Source: an uncultured Gemmatimonadales bacterium (GTDB lineage: Bacteria; Gemmatimonadota; Gemmatimonadetes; Gemmatimonadales; Gemmatimonadaceae). From it: a stretch of 64,000 nucleotides of DNA. Location of the stretch: the NCBI GenBank assembly GCA_963793305.1, contig CAWBZV010000005.1:768001-832000 (forward strand). Reading direction: 5' to 3'. The notes under the pieces were generated by a model. It ran no database searches. It was not told the origin of the DNA and saw nothing but the letters and a program-made list of their open reading frames with translations. Shown here one piece after another: positions 1 to 11,670 of the stretch. The translations under genes were made by a program, and so were the position numbers. Each line of letters starts with the position of its first letter. The stretch's first letter is position 1.

Positions 1-2
1 TG

Positions 3-2168
3 TGCGGCGGCGAAGTCGTCGGGACTCCCGACGATCCCGCCGTAGTCCGCCGCTTGGCTCAGGTGTATTCGGCCCTTCTGGGCTCGATGCCTCGTCCGGG
101 CGGCGGCTCGATCTACTTCGCCCGTCAGGGCGACGGCCTGGTGGCGCTGCGCTTGATGACGACGGGCGAGACCGCCGAGCCATACAAGCTCGCGGCCACG
201 CCAGTCGACCCGACACGCGCGCCCATGCTTCCAACGCCGCCGGCCGCGCCGCGGACGCCGGACATGACGGGTGCGACTCGGCGATCCAAACCAACCGTGA
301 GCATCCCGACAGCAACCACGCGTGTCTGTGCGCAGTGCGGCGCCGAGTATCCGCCGGATCAGCGCTTCTGCCCGGCCGACGGCTCGCCGCTCCGTTCCAA
401 GACCGGCGGCACGGGCATCATCGGCGAGATCATCGCCGAGCGCTACCACGTGGTGAAGGCGCTCGGCGAGGGCGGCATGGGACAGGTCTATCTCGCCGAG
501 CAGGTGAAGATGCGGCGCATGTGCGCGCTCAAGGTCATGCGCCCGCAGCTGGCGACCGATCCCGACGCGGTGCGCCGGTTCGGCGCCGAAGCCGAAAACG
601 CGAGCCGCATCGCGCACCCGAACGTTGCCGCGATCTACGATTTCGGCGAGACGCCCGAAGGGCTCGTCTATCTCGCCATGGAGTTCGTTGACGGGCCGTC
701 GCTCGCGTCCATGCTGGCGCGTGAGCGCGTGATGGCGGCAGGACGGGTGGCGATGATCGGCAAGCAGGTCGCCGACGCGTTGTCGGCGGCCCACGAGCTC
801 GGCATCGTCCATTGTGACTTGAAGCCCGACAACGTCATGATCGTTCGGGCCAAAGACGGGACGGAACGCGTCAAAGTGGTCGACTTTGGCATTGCGAAAG
901 CGATGGCCGACGGCCGCACGCAAATGACGCGCACGGGTTTCGTGCTTGGCACGCCAGCGTACATGAGCCCCGAGCAGATCTCCGGGGACAAGCTCGACGG
1001 ACGCAGCGATCTGTACAGCCTCGGATGCATGCTGTTCGAGATGCTGACCGGCCAGTCGCCGTTCTCCGGCCCGACCGGCGAGATCGTGCTCCATCGGCGA
1101 CTGACCGAAGAGGCGGCAAAGGTCCGAGCGCTCTCGCCCGACTGCCCAAAGAATCTCGATAGCATCATCACGCGCCTCTTATCACGCCGCGTTGACGACC
1201 GCTTCCAGCACGCGAACGAGCTGAGCGAAGCGCTCGACGAGTGCATCGACGAGGACGACCGCCGCGGCACGCGGGCGAAGACGCCGATTCACTCGAAGGC
1301 GACCATCGTCATGAACAAGGCTGGCGCGACGAAGGTCGTTCACGCGACCGCTCGCGCCGCCACGACGAAACGAAAGGCCAAGGCGAAAGCGCAGCCGAAC
1401 TATTTGCTTTTCGGCGGTATCGCGGCCGCCGTTGTGATCGCGGTCGCTTGCGCGCTCGCCTTGCGGACGTTCTCCAAACCCGCGCCGGCAGCGGTCTCCG
1501 TCGCACAGGCGCCGGCGCCTCAGTTGCCGGCTGCGGTGACCCCACCGCCCGCCGTGTCGACGCCCGCGCCGACGCCGGACACGCAAGCAGCCGCCACACC
1601 GACGCAGGCGAGTGTGGCGCCGAGTACCCCGTCGAAGTCGTCGCCGAAGAAGCAGCCGGCGAAAGAGAAACCGACGCCGACACGTCCCGCGCCGGTGGTC
1701 GCTACGACACCTCCGCCGATCACACCCCAGCCGGCGCCTCAGCCGCAGCAGCAGGTGGTGCAACAGCCGGCGGTGCAGCAGCCCGCTCCCATCACTCCGC
1801 CGCCGGCCGCGGCGCCTGTGGTCGACCTGGCGGCCGAGGTAGGCCACGCGAACCAGGTGGTGAAGGATTACGTCTACGCATTGAACGACAAGAACATCAG
1901 CCGGATGAAACAGCTCTACCCGACGATGCCCGGCGCGCTGGAGACTGGCCTGCGCGCGCTGACGGCGAACGCAACCGACTTCTCGGCGGCGATCACCACA
2001 CCGCCGAACGCGTCGGTGCTCGGAGATGCCGGAGACACGGAGTTCGCCTACCAGCTCACGTTCTCAACCCCGGCTCAGGGGAAGAGCAGCCCGTCGTTCC
2101 GCTACCACGCCGCGCTCGCCAAGCAAGGCGGCTCGTGGCAGATCAAGTCGCTGACGCTACTCCGGTAG
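3..2168 (+). CDS. Hanks-type Ser/Thr protein kinase with zinc ribbon, one TM helix and Pro/Ala-rich C-terminal region (5' end probably outside the window)
   Basis: GEGGMG, ALK, HCDLKPDN, DFG, GTPAYMSPE motifs; CAQC..CPAD ribbon; frame is open from position 3. Confidence 0.93.
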   Translation, partial: CGGEVVGTPDDPAVVRRLAQVYSALLGSMPRPGGGSIYFARQGDGLVALRLMTTGETAEPYKLAATPVDPTRAPMLPTPPAAPRTPDMTGATRRSKPTVSIPTATTRVCAQCGAEYPPDQRFCPADGSPLRSKTGGTGIIGEIIAERYHVVKALGEGGMGQVYLAEQVKMRRMCALKVMRPQLATDPDAVRRFGAEAENASRIAHPNVAAIYDFGETPEGLVYLAMEFVDGPSLASMLARERVMAAGRVAMIGKQVADALSAAHELGIVHCDLKPDNVMIVRAKDGTERVKVVDFGIAKAMADGRTQMTRTGFVLGTPAYMSPEQISGDKLDGRSDLYSLGCMLFEMLTGQSPFSGPTGEIVLHRRLTEEAAKVRALSPDCPKNLDSIITRLLSRRVDDRFQHANELSEALDECIDEDDRRGTRAKTPIHSKATIVMNKAGATKVVHATARAATTKRKAKAKAQPNYLLFGGIAAAVVIAVACALALRTFSKPAPAAVSVAQAPAPQLPAAVTPPPAVSTPAPTPDTQAAATPTQASVAPSTPSKSSPKKQPAKEKPTPTRPAPVVATTPPPITPQPAPQPQQQVVQQPAVQQPAPITPPPAAAPVVDLAAEVGHANQVVKDYVYALNDKNISRMKQLYPTMPGALETGLRALTANATDFSAAITTPPNASVLGDAGDTEFAYQLTFSTPAQGKSSPSFRYHAALAKQGGSWQIKSLTLLR

Positions 2169-2180
2169 GTAAGCTCGCGG

Positions 2181-3893
2181 TCAGTGCACGGTGAGGCTGA
2201 CGGTCGCCTCGCGCCCCGCCGCGGTCGCGCGCACGTGCGCCGTTCCAGCCGCGACCGCTGTCACCGCTCCAGTCTTGGCGTCAACCGTCGCGATCGCCGG
2301 ATCATCGCTCACCCAGGCGATCTGGGCTTTCGCGACCAGCCGCTGATTCGCGTCATACGCGACCCCCTGCAGTCGCACAGTCTGCCCAACGCGCATCGGC
2401 TCGGCGCCGCTGATCGTGATCCAGCGGACGCCCTTGGCGGGGGTCAGGAAGACAGTCTGCGGTTCCTGCTGCGCTGAGTCGGCGGCTGGTGCGGGTGGTG
2501 TCCATAGCGCCACGCCCACACCGACGCCCACAGCCACAGCCACAACGACGCCGCCGACGATCCACAGGACGCTGCGCTTGCGCCTGACGATGGGGACCGT
2601 GGCGGGAGGAGGCGGTTGCGTAGGTGGCGACACCGCGGTCCCAGCCGGCACAGTGGAGGGAATCGGCCGCGAAACCGAAAGCGAAATCGCCGCCCGCGCA
2701 TCGCCGATGGCCGCCCGCACGATGGCGGCACCCGGGGCCACAGCCGTCACCCGCCCGGTCCTCTCGTCCACCCGCACGATCTCCGGCGCGTCGGAGCTCC
2801 AGCTCACCGCAACGGCCGGCACCTCGGCTCCGCGCGGGCTCCACGCGGTCAACCGGAGCGTCACGGCCTCGCCGACGGTGACTTCGCCTGGTGCCGTGAT
2901 CGCCACCTTGCCCACCACTTGCTGCGTCACGCCACCGCGCGGGATCGGGCTCGGCGCCCCCCGAATGATGGTCGTGTCGAGACCATCCGTCGCCCATTTC
3001 GCGAGCTCGGCTCTCGCGGGATCGTCGTCCTCGAACGGCCGGGCCTCGGCCGCGTGCAGCGCCGCGTTCATGGTCGGCCAGCGCTCGGCCGGCGTCTTTG
3101 CCAGCATGCGACGGATCGCCGCATCGAGCTCCGGCGGACAGTCCGGCCGGCGCTCGGTGATGGGCGCCGGCGCCTGCTCGATGTGACAGCGCATCACGGC
3201 GAACGTCGTCCCCGTGAATGGCACCGAGCCGGTCAGCATCTCATACGCAACCACGCCCAACGCATACTGGTCCGCGGCCCACGTGATCTCGGTCCCGCGG
3301 CACTGCTCGGGACTCATGTACTGCGGCGTGCCGACCGCTGCGCCGGTCTGCGTGTGGGCGTTGGACTCGGCGACTTTGGCGATGCCGAAGTCCGTCACCA
3401 TGGCTTCACCAGCGGCATCCATCATGATGTTCGCCGGCTTGATGTCACGGTGGATGATCTGGAGGCGATGCGCGTAGCTCAGTGCGCTGCCCACTTCGCA
3501 GAGAATGTGGCGGACCACCGGAATGGGAAGGGCACCCCGCGCTCCAATGATCTCGGCCAGCGGGCGTCCGACCACGAATTTCATCACAAAACAGTGCAGG
3601 TCGCCCACCTGCCGGACCGCATGAATCGTGATGATGTTCGGATGATTCAACCGCGCGACGGTGACCGCCTCCTGCTGGAAGCGCTGCACCATGCTGGCGT
3701 CGGGCATGAGCCCGGGCGACATGACCTTGATGGCCACGCGCCGGTCGAGGGCGGGCTCGTAGGCCAGAAATACGGCGGCCATGCCCCCACGACCCAACTC
3801 GCGCTCAATGATGTACTCCCCTTGGAGCGCGTCATTCAGACGGTCGGCGACCGTCGACCAACTGGACTGATTGGCGGGTACCGAGGCCGTCAC
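2181..3893 (-). CDS. Ser/Thr protein kinase with two Ig-like (Big_2-type) domains either side of a TM helix
   Basis: [26 protein letters not shown]; repeated WxSDxPxIxxVD..TGxVTAVAxG. Confidence 0.93.
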   Translation of the reverse strand: MTASVPANQSSWSTVADRLNDALQGEYIIERELGRGGMAAVFLAYEPALDRRVAIKVMSPGLMPDASMVQRFQQEAVTVARLNHPNIITIHAVRQVGDLHCFVMKFVVGRPLAEIIGARGALPIPVVRHILCEVGSALSYAHRLQIIHRDIKPANIMMDAAGEAMVTDFGIAKVAESNAHTQTGAAVGTPQYMSPEQCRGTEITWAADQYALGVVAYEMLTGSVPFTGTTFAVMRCHIEQAPAPITERRPDCPPELDAAIRRMLAKTPAERWPTMNAALHAAEARPFEDDDPARAELAKWATDGLDTTIIRGAPSPIPRGGVTQQVVGKVAITAPGEVTVGEAVTLRLTAWSPRGAEVPAVAVSWSSDAPEIVRVDERTGRVTAVAPGAAIVRAAIGDARAAISLSVSRPIPSTVPAGTAVSPPTQPPPPATVPIVRRKRSVLWIVGGVVVAVAVGVGVGVALWTPPAPAADSAQQEPQTVFLTPAKGVRWITISGAEPMRVGQTVRLQGVAYDANQRLVAKAQIAWVSDDPAIATVDAKTGAVTAVAAGTAHVRATAAGREATVSLTVH

Positions 3894-4042
3894 CAGTCAA
3901 CGATACGTCTCCGTCTCACCTTCGCAAGCTGGCGCTTGCGAAGGCGAGACTCATCGGTCCTCCTCCGGGGGGAACCACAACTGCCCCCCCGGACCCCCCA
4001 ATTGCTGGCGTTTCCAGGGGAGCGAGCGCGTCGTCAGTCGAG

Positions 4043-5725
4043 GTGGTCGCCGAGACGTACGCTCCGGATGCGCGCCCGCCTGAGCTGGACACGCTGGAAG
4101 GGATCGAGTTCCTGCAGATCCACGGTGGTCTGGAGCGGCGCGGCGCCCGCCTGCGCACAAAAATTATTTTATTCGTGGTCGTCGCCTTGGTGCCGATCTT
4201 TCTGGCGCTAGGCTACTGGTACCTGCCCCGGGAGTTCTGGACGGTCCAACTCGCCGAGTCGGCCGAAAGCGCCCGCACGGTCGCGGCGTTCGTCGTCCGC
4301 CGCCCGACCCCCGAGACGGTGAACGACGCCTTCACCACCGCGATCGGACGCCTGCTGTATTTAGGTGTCATCGACGCCGACGGCCACGTGCTCTTCGCCA
4401 GGTCCGAGCGGGACCGCCTGACCCCTCCGGACACCGTGCTCCGCGCCGATCACCTGGAGGGCACGCGCCGGAACGAGCGCGAGCTATGGGTGGTTCGCCC
4501 CACGCGCGAGGGCGAGCGGGTGGTTCTCGCCTGGTCGCTCGACCGGGCGAGCGAAGCGTGGTTCCGCATGCGCCGCATTTTCACGTTCGCCACGGTCGTG
4601 GCGATCGGCGTGGCCTCGTTTATCGCGTTCATCCTGTCGCGTTCCGTCACGAGGCCACTGGAGTCGATCACGGTTTCGCTCGACGCGTTGACGCGCCAGT
4701 CCCATTGGAACCTGCGCACGCGGGTGGCCGTGCGGACCCGCGACGAGATCGGCGATCTCGCGGTCTGCGTCAACCGATTCATCGCCGAGCTCGCGCGGTT
4801 GGTCTCGAACACGCGCGAGGCCGCCGAGCACGTGGTGCGCCGCACCGAAGAATTGAGCGCCTCCACGTCGGCCCTCAACGCCTCGGGTCACGACGTCTCC
4901 GCAGCCGTTGACACGGTAGCCGCCGACGCCGCCGCGCAAGCCAACCTGGCCGCTCGCACGCGGGAAGAAGCCGCCGCGGCCGGCGAAGCCGCCGAGGCAG
5001 TTCTGGAGCGTGTGGGCGAAGCCGACTCGATAACCAGTGACACGCTCGCGGCCGCCCAGGTCGGGCTCAAGGGTGTGGCGGAAGCCGACACGGCCGTCGA
5101 GCGCATCGTCGCCGCCGCGGCAGCGGCCCAACAGAGCTTCGCGGAAGTCGAGCAGCGCCTCAAGGCGATCGCCGGGGCCACGGCGGGAATCGCGGGCATT
5201 GCCCAAACCACGAACTTGATCGCCCTGAACGCGGCGATCGAGGCAGCCCGTGCGGGCGAGCACGGGAAGGGATTCGCGGTCGTCGCCGACGAAGTCCGAA
5301 AGCTCGCCCGCGCCTCGGGCAAGCTCGTCGACCAGATCCACGCCGAGGTCGGCCGGATCCAGAAGGGGACGCGCGCGACGGCGAGCGATCTCGCGCGCGC
5401 GAACGACGAGGTTCTCGCGGGGCGCAAAGTGATCGGCGCGACGGGCACCGCGATTCGGGACTCGGTCGCCCGCGTAGAGGCCGCGGCGGCCATTGTGCGC
5501 GGGGTCGCGACGCTAGCGGCCGCTCAGCGCGAAGCGGTCCGCCGTATCGAAGCGCGCGCGGCTGAAGTCGCGGCGCTCTCGGGCAGCCAAGCCTCGGCCG
5601 CCCAGCAGATGGCGATGTCGACCGCGGCCCAAGCGAGTGTGATCAGCGAGGCGGCCGCCGAGCTCGCCGCGCTACGCAACGTCGCGACGGTCGCGCTCGA
5701 ATCGGTCAACCGGTTCCAGATTTAG
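4043..5725 (+). CDS. Methyl-accepting chemotaxis protein with HAMP domain (start uncertain)
   Basis: Two TM helices, DEIGDL HAMP motif, [33 protein letters not shown] signalling hairpin. Confidence 0.93.
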   Translation: MVAETYAPDARPPELDTLEGIEFLQIHGGLERRGARLRTKIILFVVVALVPIFLALGYWYLPREFWTVQLAESAESARTVAAFVVRRPTPETVNDAFTTAIGRLLYLGVIDADGHVLFARSERDRLTPPDTVLRADHLEGTRRNERELWVVRPTREGERVVLAWSLDRASEAWFRMRRIFTFATVVAIGVASFIAFILSRSVTRPLESITVSLDALTRQSHWNLRTRVAVRTRDEIGDLAVCVNRFIAELARLVSNTREAAEHVVRRTEELSASTSALNASGHDVSAAVDTVAADAAAQANLAARTREEAAAAGEAAEAVLERVGEADSITSDTLAAAQVGLKGVAEADTAVERIVAAAAAAQQSFAEVEQRLKAIAGATAGIAGIAQTTNLIALNAAIEAARAGEHGKGFAVVADEVRKLARASGKLVDQIHAEVGRIQKGTRATASDLARANDEVLAGRKVIGATGTAIRDSVARVEAAAAIVRGVATLAAAQREAVRRIEARAAEVAALSGSQASAAQQMAMSTAAQASVISEAAAELAALRNVATVALESVNRFQI

Positions 5726-5732
5726 CAGTCCC

Positions 5733-7259
5733 CTAGGGGCCCTCTAAGGGCAGCACCAGGGTAAAAGTCGACCCAGTCCCAGGGACGCTTTCGACCGTGA
5801 GATCGCCGGCCATGGCACGGGCCAGCGCACGACTGATGGGCAGCCCGAGCCCAACGCCTTCGACGGGCCGCGACAACTGCCGGTCGAGCTGAACGAACGG
5901 CTCGAAGATGCGCCCCATGTCGGCCTCGGGGATCCCCCGGCCACTGTCGCGCACGCGGACGCAGACCTTCGCCCCGTTCGCCTCGCACGAGACCCACACC
6001 ATGCCACCGCGGTCCGTGAACTTGATCGCGTTCGACACGAGGTTCGTCAGGATCTGCGCGACTTTGTGTCGATCGGCGTGCGCGACCACATCGGGGTCGG
6101 CGCCGGACGTATTGAACCCGAGGCCTTTGCCGCCGATCTGCGGCTTGATCAGGGCTTCGACGGTCGTGATGACATCGGCGAGCGACACGGGCCCCAGCTT
6201 GATCTGTTCCTGACTGGCCTCGAGCCGCGCGAAGGCGAGAATGGAATTGATCAACCCGAGGAGATGCTCCTCGCTCCTCCGGATCGCCTCCAGATCCTGA
6301 GTCTGCTCGGGGGTGACGGGTCCCCGTAGTCCGAGCACGAGGATCTCGGCATACCCGGCGATGGCATTGAGCGGTGTCCGCAACTCGTGGCTCATCGTCG
6401 CGAGGAAGCTGGACTTCGCCTGGTTCGCGTTCTCCGCGATGCGCTGCGCGTCCCGCGCCTCGTCGGCGTTGCGCTCCGCGACGAGTGTCTGCTCGGCTAG
6501 CTCCTCGGTCGTCGACTGCAGCTCTTCGTTTGCCGCCTCCAGCTCGGCCGCCTGCTCCTGGAGCTGCTCGTTCGTCGTCTCGAGCTCGACCTGCTGCTCC
6601 CGCAGGCGCTGGGCGCCCTCCGCTTCCCGGGCGGCCGCCCGCGACAGGGCCGCGACCGTGAAGGCGGCCAGCAGGAAGGCGACCAGCGTGCCCGCGGCGA
6701 TGATCCATTGCGTCCGCACGGCGCGGCGATGCTCGACCGCGGTGCGGCTCGCCAGCAGCTGGCGCTCCAGGTCTTGAATTGCCGCAATGAGCTGGCGCGC
6801 CTCGCCCATATAGTGCCGGCCGGCGCTGGCCCGAAACGCGCGGTACCCCGCGCTGGCCCCCGTGTCCCGACGAGCACTGATCACGCGATCCAGCGCGTCG
6901 AGCCGGGCGGAGACGAGCGGGTCCAGCGTGTCCAGCCGCTGCTGTTGCACCCGGTTGTCGCTGGTGAGCTGCTTGACCCGCGCCAGGTTGCGCCGGACAT
7001 CGGCGTCGGCGCCAGCGTATGGCGAGAGGTACGTCGTGTCGCCGGTCAGCAAGAACCCGCGCTCCGCCGTCTCGGCGTCGACGAGCCGCTGCAGCACCGC
7101 ATCGGTGGTCTCGATGACGTCGTGCGTATGCGAGACGGCCGCAATGGCTACCGCGTCGCGGCTATCCGCGACGAACGCCGCCGCGCCGACTATGAGGATC
7201 ACGAGGGCGGCGAGAGCGGCTGCGGCGATCTTGTAACGAAGCGGGATCCGATTGAACAT
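5733..7259 (-). CDS. CHASE3-domain sensor histidine kinase
   Basis: DAETAERGFLLTGD CHASE3 motif; SHELRTPL H-box; NAIKFT, DSGRGI, GLGL boxes. Confidence 0.93.
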   Translation of the reverse strand: MFNRIPLRYKIAAAALAALVILIVGAAAFVADSRDAVAIAAVSHTHDVIETTDAVLQRLVDAETAERGFLLTGDTTYLSPYAGADADVRRNLARVKQLTSDNRVQQQRLDTLDPLVSARLDALDRVISARRDTGASAGYRAFRASAGRHYMGEARQLIAAIQDLERQLLASRTAVEHRRAVRTQWIIAAGTLVAFLLAAFTVAALSRAAAREAEGAQRLREQQVELETTNEQLQEQAAELEAANEELQSTTEELAEQTLVAERNADEARDAQRIAENANQAKSSFLATMSHELRTPLNAIAGYAEILVLGLRGPVTPEQTQDLEAIRRSEEHLLGLINSILAFARLEASQEQIKLGPVSLADVITTVEALIKPQIGGKGLGFNTSGADPDVVAHADRHKVAQILTNLVSNAIKFTDRGGMVWVSCEANGAKVCVRVRDSGRGIPEADMGRIFEPFVQLDRQLSRPVEGVGLGLPISRALARAMAGDLTVESVPGTGSTFTLVLPLEGP

Positions 7260-7294
7260 GAGTGAGATAACGGCCGGCTGTTAAGTTATCCCCC

Positions 7295-8233
7295 GTGTCC
7301 TTGAGCATCGAGACCACCGCGCTCCGGAAGGTGTATCCGGGCGACACGATCGCCCTGCACGGGCTCGACCTTGTCGTCGGCGCCGGCGACTTCTTTGGGT
7401 TGCTCGGACCCAACGGAGCGGGGAAGACGACCACGATCGGCATCCTCACGACGCGCGTACGGCCGACCGCCGGCACGGCGGTTGTGGCGGGCGCTGATGT
7501 GCGCACCGACCCGGTCGGCGTGCGGCTTCGCATCGGCGTCGTCCCGCAACGGCCGAACCCGGACCGCAGTCTCAATGTGCTCGAGAACTTGTTGTTCCAT
7601 GCCGCATATTTCGGCATTGCACACTCGGTCGCCTCGGCCCGCGCCAACGCGCTCCTCGATCAGCTCGCCATTGCTGACAAAGCGCACGCGAAGGTCGACG
7701 CGCTCTCGGGCGGGCAGCAGCAGCGCCTGATGATCGCCCGCGCGTTGATCCACGAGCCGCGGGTGCTCTTTCTCGACGAGCCCACGGTCGGCCTCGATCC
7801 GCAAGCGCGTCTCGCGTTGTGGGAGATCTTGCGCGCGCTCCATGCCGACGGCCGCACGATCGTGATGACCACGCACTACATGGAAGAGGCGGAGCAGTTG
7901 TGCGACCGGATCGCGATCGTCGACCAGGGCCGATTGTTAGCCGTCGACACGCCGGCCGCACTCGTCGCCCGCGCGCCGGGCGGCACGTTGATCGAGCTCA
8001 CGCTCGATGGCGAGGCGCAGCCGCTCCTCCCGCGCATCACCGCGATCGCCGGCGTCACCTCCGCTGACGCCCAAGCGAACGTCCTGCGTGCCTTTAGCGC
8101 GGAGGGTGGCCAGGTTATTCCCGCGTTGATCGCGGTCGCCGAAGGCGCCGCGCGCAAGGTGACCAACATTCACTTGGCGTCCCCAAACCTGGAGACGCTC
8201 TTCATCTCTCTCACTGGCCGTAAACTCGATTGA
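7295..8233 (+). CDS. ABC transporter ATP-binding protein (DrrA/NodI-like)
   Basis: GPNGAGKTT Walker A, LSGGQ signature, LDEPTVGLD Walker B. Confidence 0.95.
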   Translation: MSLSIETTALRKVYPGDTIALHGLDLVVGAGDFFGLLGPNGAGKTTTIGILTTRVRPTAGTAVVAGADVRTDPVGVRLRIGVVPQRPNPDRSLNVLENLLFHAAYFGIAHSVASARANALLDQLAIADKAHAKVDALSGGQQQRLMIARALIHEPRVLFLDEPTVGLDPQARLALWEILRALHADGRTIVMTTHYMEEAEQLCDRIAIVDQGRLLAVDTPAALVARAPGGTLIELTLDGEAQPLLPRITAIAGVTSADAQANVLRAFSAEGGQVIPALIAVAEGAARKVTNIHLASPNLETLFISLTGRKLD

Positions 8234-9000
8234 CCGCGACCGTCTTTTTCGCGCTCCTGCGGCGTGATGTGCGGGTGGCCCGCCGCGAGCTGCCGTTCTT
8301 TTTGATGCGCACGATCATGCAGCCGTTGATGTTCATTATCGTCTTCGGCTACTTGTTGCCGAAGATGGGCTTCGTGCGCGGGGCCTACACCACGGCGCTG
8401 CTTCCGGGCATCCTGGCGCTCTCCCTCGCGCTCTCGGCGATTCAGTCCGTCACCCTCCCCATGGTCCAGGACTTCGGCTGGTCCAAGGAGATCGAAGATC
8501 GCCTCCTGGCCCCGATTCCGACTCATCTCGTCGCGGTCGAGAAGGTGATCGTCGGCATCCTCCAGGGGATGGTGGCGGCGCTCGTCGTATTACCGATCGC
8601 CCGCTTGATCATGGGCCCGATCCCGGGCTTCACCCTGACACATTTCGGCGAAGTCCTCGCGGTGACGATCTTCGGCGCCGCGACGTTCTCCGCGCTTGGT
8701 CTCCTGATCGGCTCGACGATCAGTCCAACACAGATCGGGCTCATGTTCAGCATTATCATCGCGCCGATGATCTTCTTCGGCTGCACGTATTACCCGTGGC
8801 GTGGATTGGATGCCGTGCCGTGGATCAAGTACGCGGTGTTGATCAATCCGCTCGTCTATGTCTCCGAAGGAATGCGCGCTGGATTGACACCAGAGGTGCC
8901 GCACTTGTCTCTCCCAATCGTGTTGGGCGCGTTGGTCTTGCTGCTGGCCGTGTGTTGGACGTTTGCCTTGCGGAGCTTCATGAAGCGAGCGATCGGCTGA
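8230..9000 (+). CDS. ABC-2 type transporter permease
   Basis: About six hydrophobic segments, NPLVY motif, 4-bp overlap with the ATPase gene. Confidence 0.9.
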   Translation: MTATVFFALLRRDVRVARRELPFFLMRTIMQPLMFIIVFGYLLPKMGFVRGAYTTALLPGILALSLALSAIQSVTLPMVQDFGWSKEIEDRLLAPIPTHLVAVEKVIVGILQGMVAALVVLPIARLIMGPIPGFTLTHFGEVLAVTIFGAATFSALGLLIGSTISPTQIGLMFSIIIAPMIFFGCTYYPWRGLDAVPWIKYAVLINPLVYVSEGMRAGLTPEVPHLSLPIVLGALVLLLAVCWTFALRSFMKRAIG

Positions 9001-10922
9001 TGGCCAACCCCTGGAGCATCGAAGCCGCGCGCGATGTCTACAACATCGAGGGCTGGGGCGCGGGCTTTTTCGACGTCAACGCCAAGGGACACGTCGTCGT
9101 CCGTCCCGACAAGTCGCATCCCGAGCACGAGCTCGATTTGTACGAGTTGGGCTGCGATCTGCAAGAGCAGGGTGTGGCGTTGCCCGTCCTGTTGCGCTTC
9201 TCCGACGTCCTCAAGTCGCGTATAGAGGCGGTGACGGGCGCATTCGAAAGCGCCATGCGCGAGTTCGACTATCAGGGTGGCTATACCACCGTCTATCCGA
9301 TCAAGGTCAACCAAATCCGCCGGGTCGTCGAGGAGATCGTCCAGTTCGGCACCCCGCACGGCGTTGGCCTGGAATGCGGCTCCAAGCCCGAGCTCCAAGC
9401 CGTTCTGGCGCTCTCCGAAGCCAGCGACCATACGATCGTGTGCAACGGCTATAAAGACTCCGAGTTCATGCGCCTGGCGATGATGGGCCAGAAACTCGGC
9501 CATGAAGTTTTTGTGGTCATAGAACAACTCAGCGAGCTCGATGTGTTGTTGCAAGCAGCCGATGAGATAGGCGTCACCCCTACGGCTGGCGTACGCGTCA
9601 AGCTCGCCTCGGCAGGTTCCGGCCGCTGGGCGCAAAGCGGCGGCGAGAAGTCGAAGTTCGGCTTGACGACCCAGCAGTTGGTCAAAGCCGTCGACATGCT
9701 GCGCGAGCGTGGCCGACTCGATGTGCTGAAGCTGATCCATTTCCACATCGGCAGCCAGATCTCGGACATTCGCTACATCAAGGCGGCCATGCAGGAAGTC
9801 GCCCGCTACTACGCGGAGCTCCGCAACATGGGCGTCGACATCACGCACGTGGATGTCGGCGGCGGCCTGGGGGTCGACTACGATGGCACGAATTCGACCG
9901 CCAACGCGAGCGTCAATTACACGGTCCAGGAATACGCGAACGACGTGATCTACATCTTGGGCGAGGCGTGCCGCGAGCAGGATTTGCCGATGCCACACGT
10001 CATCAGCGAGTCGGGCCGGGCGCTCACGGCCCATCACGCCCTGTTGCTGATCAACGTGATCGATGTCGAGTCTCAGGCCGAGCCGCCGTTGCCGATCCTG
10101 AGTGATGACGATCACGCGTTGTTGCACGACATGCTCGCCGATTACGGCGAGCTCGGTCGCCCGGCCGTGAAGCACCGCCGCATCATCGAGGCGTACCACG
10201 ACGCGGTGTTCGATCGCGGCCGCGCGCAGGACCTATTCCAATCCGGTGTGCTCTCGCTGCGCGGCCGCGCCTGGGCCGAGCAGATCTACCTGCGGATCGT
10301 GAACGCCGTGGCGCGTCGGGCGGTCGAGGAGCCCGACGAGTATTCCGATATCGCGGGTGATCTCGAGGGCACGCTCGTCGATCGGTACTTCTGCAACTTC
10401 TCGTTGTTCCAGTCGGTCCCCGACCATTGGGCGATCGATCAGCTCTTTCCGATCATGCCCATTCATCGGTTGAACGAAGAGCCCACGCGTCGCGGGACGC
10501 TCCAGGACGTCACCTGTGACTCCGACGGAAAGATCGACCATTTCGTCGGCGGGAACGGGCGCGCCGGCAAAACGAGCCTCGAGCTGCACGAGTTCCGCGA
10601 CAGCGATCCCTACATCCTCGGGATCTTCCTCACGGGCGCCTACCAGGAGATTCTCGGCGATCTCCACAACCTGTTCGGCGACACGAACGCCGTGCACATC
10701 CGCCTGTCGACGATCGCCCGCGGCTACGAGATCACCGACCTCGTGCGCGGCAACACGGTGACCGATGTTTTGAACTACGTCGAGTACGGCGCCGGCGAGT
10801 TGCTCACGACGTTCCGTCGCAAGGTCGCCGGCGCGGATAATCTGACGCGGCAGGAAGCCAACACGTTCATCGCCGAGTACGTCGCTGGCCTCGAGGGCTA
10901 CACTTATCTAGAGGGTGAATAA
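9000..10922 (+). CDS. speA: Biosynthetic arginine decarboxylase
   Basis: YPIKVNQ PLP-lysine motif, SKFGL, HFHIGSQ, DVGGGLGVDY, TCDSDG; ATG overlaps the permease TGA. Confidence 0.95.
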   Translation: MANPWSIEAARDVYNIEGWGAGFFDVNAKGHVVVRPDKSHPEHELDLYELGCDLQEQGVALPVLLRFSDVLKSRIEAVTGAFESAMREFDYQGGYTTVYPIKVNQIRRVVEEIVQFGTPHGVGLECGSKPELQAVLALSEASDHTIVCNGYKDSEFMRLAMMGQKLGHEVFVVIEQLSELDVLLQAADEIGVTPTAGVRVKLASAGSGRWAQSGGEKSKFGLTTQQLVKAVDMLRERGRLDVLKLIHFHIGSQISDIRYIKAAMQEVARYYAELRNMGVDITHVDVGGGLGVDYDGTNSTANASVNYTVQEYANDVIYILGEACREQDLPMPHVISESGRALTAHHALLLINVIDVESQAEPPLPILSDDDHALLHDMLADYGELGRPAVKHRRIIEAYHDAVFDRGRAQDLFQSGVLSLRGRAWAEQIYLRIVNAVARRAVEEPDEYSDIAGDLEGTLVDRYFCNFSLFQSVPDHWAIDQLFPIMPIHRLNEEPTRRGTLQDVTCDSDGKIDHFVGGNGRAGKTSLELHEFRDSDPYILGIFLTGAYQEILGDLHNLFGDTNAVHIRLSTIARGYEITDLVRGNTVTDVLNYVEYGAGELLTTFRRKVAGADNLTRQEANTFIAEYVAGLEGYTYLEGE

Positions 10923-10924
10923 GG

Positions 10925-11023
10925 GCGACCTCGCTTCGCTCGTCGCTCGTCCGAAATGCAGCGTGGGCCACGCGCTTTTCGCGGTCGCCGAAGGCGCTGT
11001 GTACGACGAGCGAAGCGAGTCGC
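10925..11023. repeat. Long inverted repeat between convergent speA and sodA (REP/REPIN-like or bidirectional terminator)
   Basis: CTCGCTTCGCTCGTCG (10930-10945) is the exact reverse complement of 11004-11019. Confidence 0.7.
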
Positions 11024-11031
11024 TTTGTTGT

Positions 11032-11670
11032 TTAGACGCCTGCGTGCGCGAGCTTGCCCGACTCGAAGCGCTTCGAGACCTCAGCCCAATTCACAACGTT
11101 CCAGAACGCCCCAATGTAGTCAGCTCTCTTATTCTGGTACTTGAGATAGTACGCGTGCTCCCACACATCGAGGCCAAGGAGGATGTCCTCCGGCTTCGCA
11201 CCAGCCATGATGGGGTTGTCCTGATTCGCCGAGTTCGTGATAGCGAGCTTGCCGTCTTTGCGCGTCAGCCAAGCCCATCCTGACCCGAAGCGCCCCATGC
11301 CCGCCGCGGCAAACTGCTCCTTGAACTTCGCGAAGTCCCCGAAGCTCGCCTTGATGGCGTTGTCCAGCGGCCCGCTGGGCTCTCCGCCTTTCTTGGCCGG
11401 ATCCAACCAGAGCCAAAACTGCGAATGATTCCAGTGCCCGCCGCCGTTGTTCTGCACGGCAGTTCTAACGGCGTCCGGCACTTTGCCCAAATCCGCAAGG
11501 AGCTGCTCGACTGTCTTGCCCGCTAGCTCGGGGGCCTTGTCGACCGCCGCGTTGAGGTTTGTGACATACGCACCATGATGCTTGTCATGGTGAATTTCCA
11601 TCGTCTTCGCGTCGATATACGGCTCGAGCGCGTCGAACGCGTAGGGAAGCGGGGGCAGAGTAAACGTCAT
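11032..11670 (-). CDS. sodA: Fe/Mn superoxide dismutase, probably Mn-type
   Basis: [27 protein letters not shown]. Confidence 0.93.
   Translation of the reverse strand: MTFTLPPLPYAFDALEPYIDAKTMEIHHDKHHGAYVTNLNAAVDKAPELAGKTVEQLLADLGKVPDAVRTAVQNNGGGHWNHSQFWLWLDPAKKGGEPSGPLDNAIKASFGDFAKFKEQFAAAGMGRFGSGWAWLTRKDGKLAITNSANQDNPIMAGAKPEDILLGLDVWEHAYYLKYQNKRADYIGAFWNVVNWAEVSKRFESGKLAHAGV

Noticed and set aside
1470..1830. Pro/Ala/Gln-rich low-complexity tract as a DNA repeat element
   Set aside because: It is the coding linker of the kinase's C-terminal region
8796..8999. N-terminal extensions given by the ORF track (speA from 8796, susC from 49549, binding protein from 62290)
   Set aside because: They overlap upstream genes or the att site; downstream starts fit translational coupling and signal peptides better
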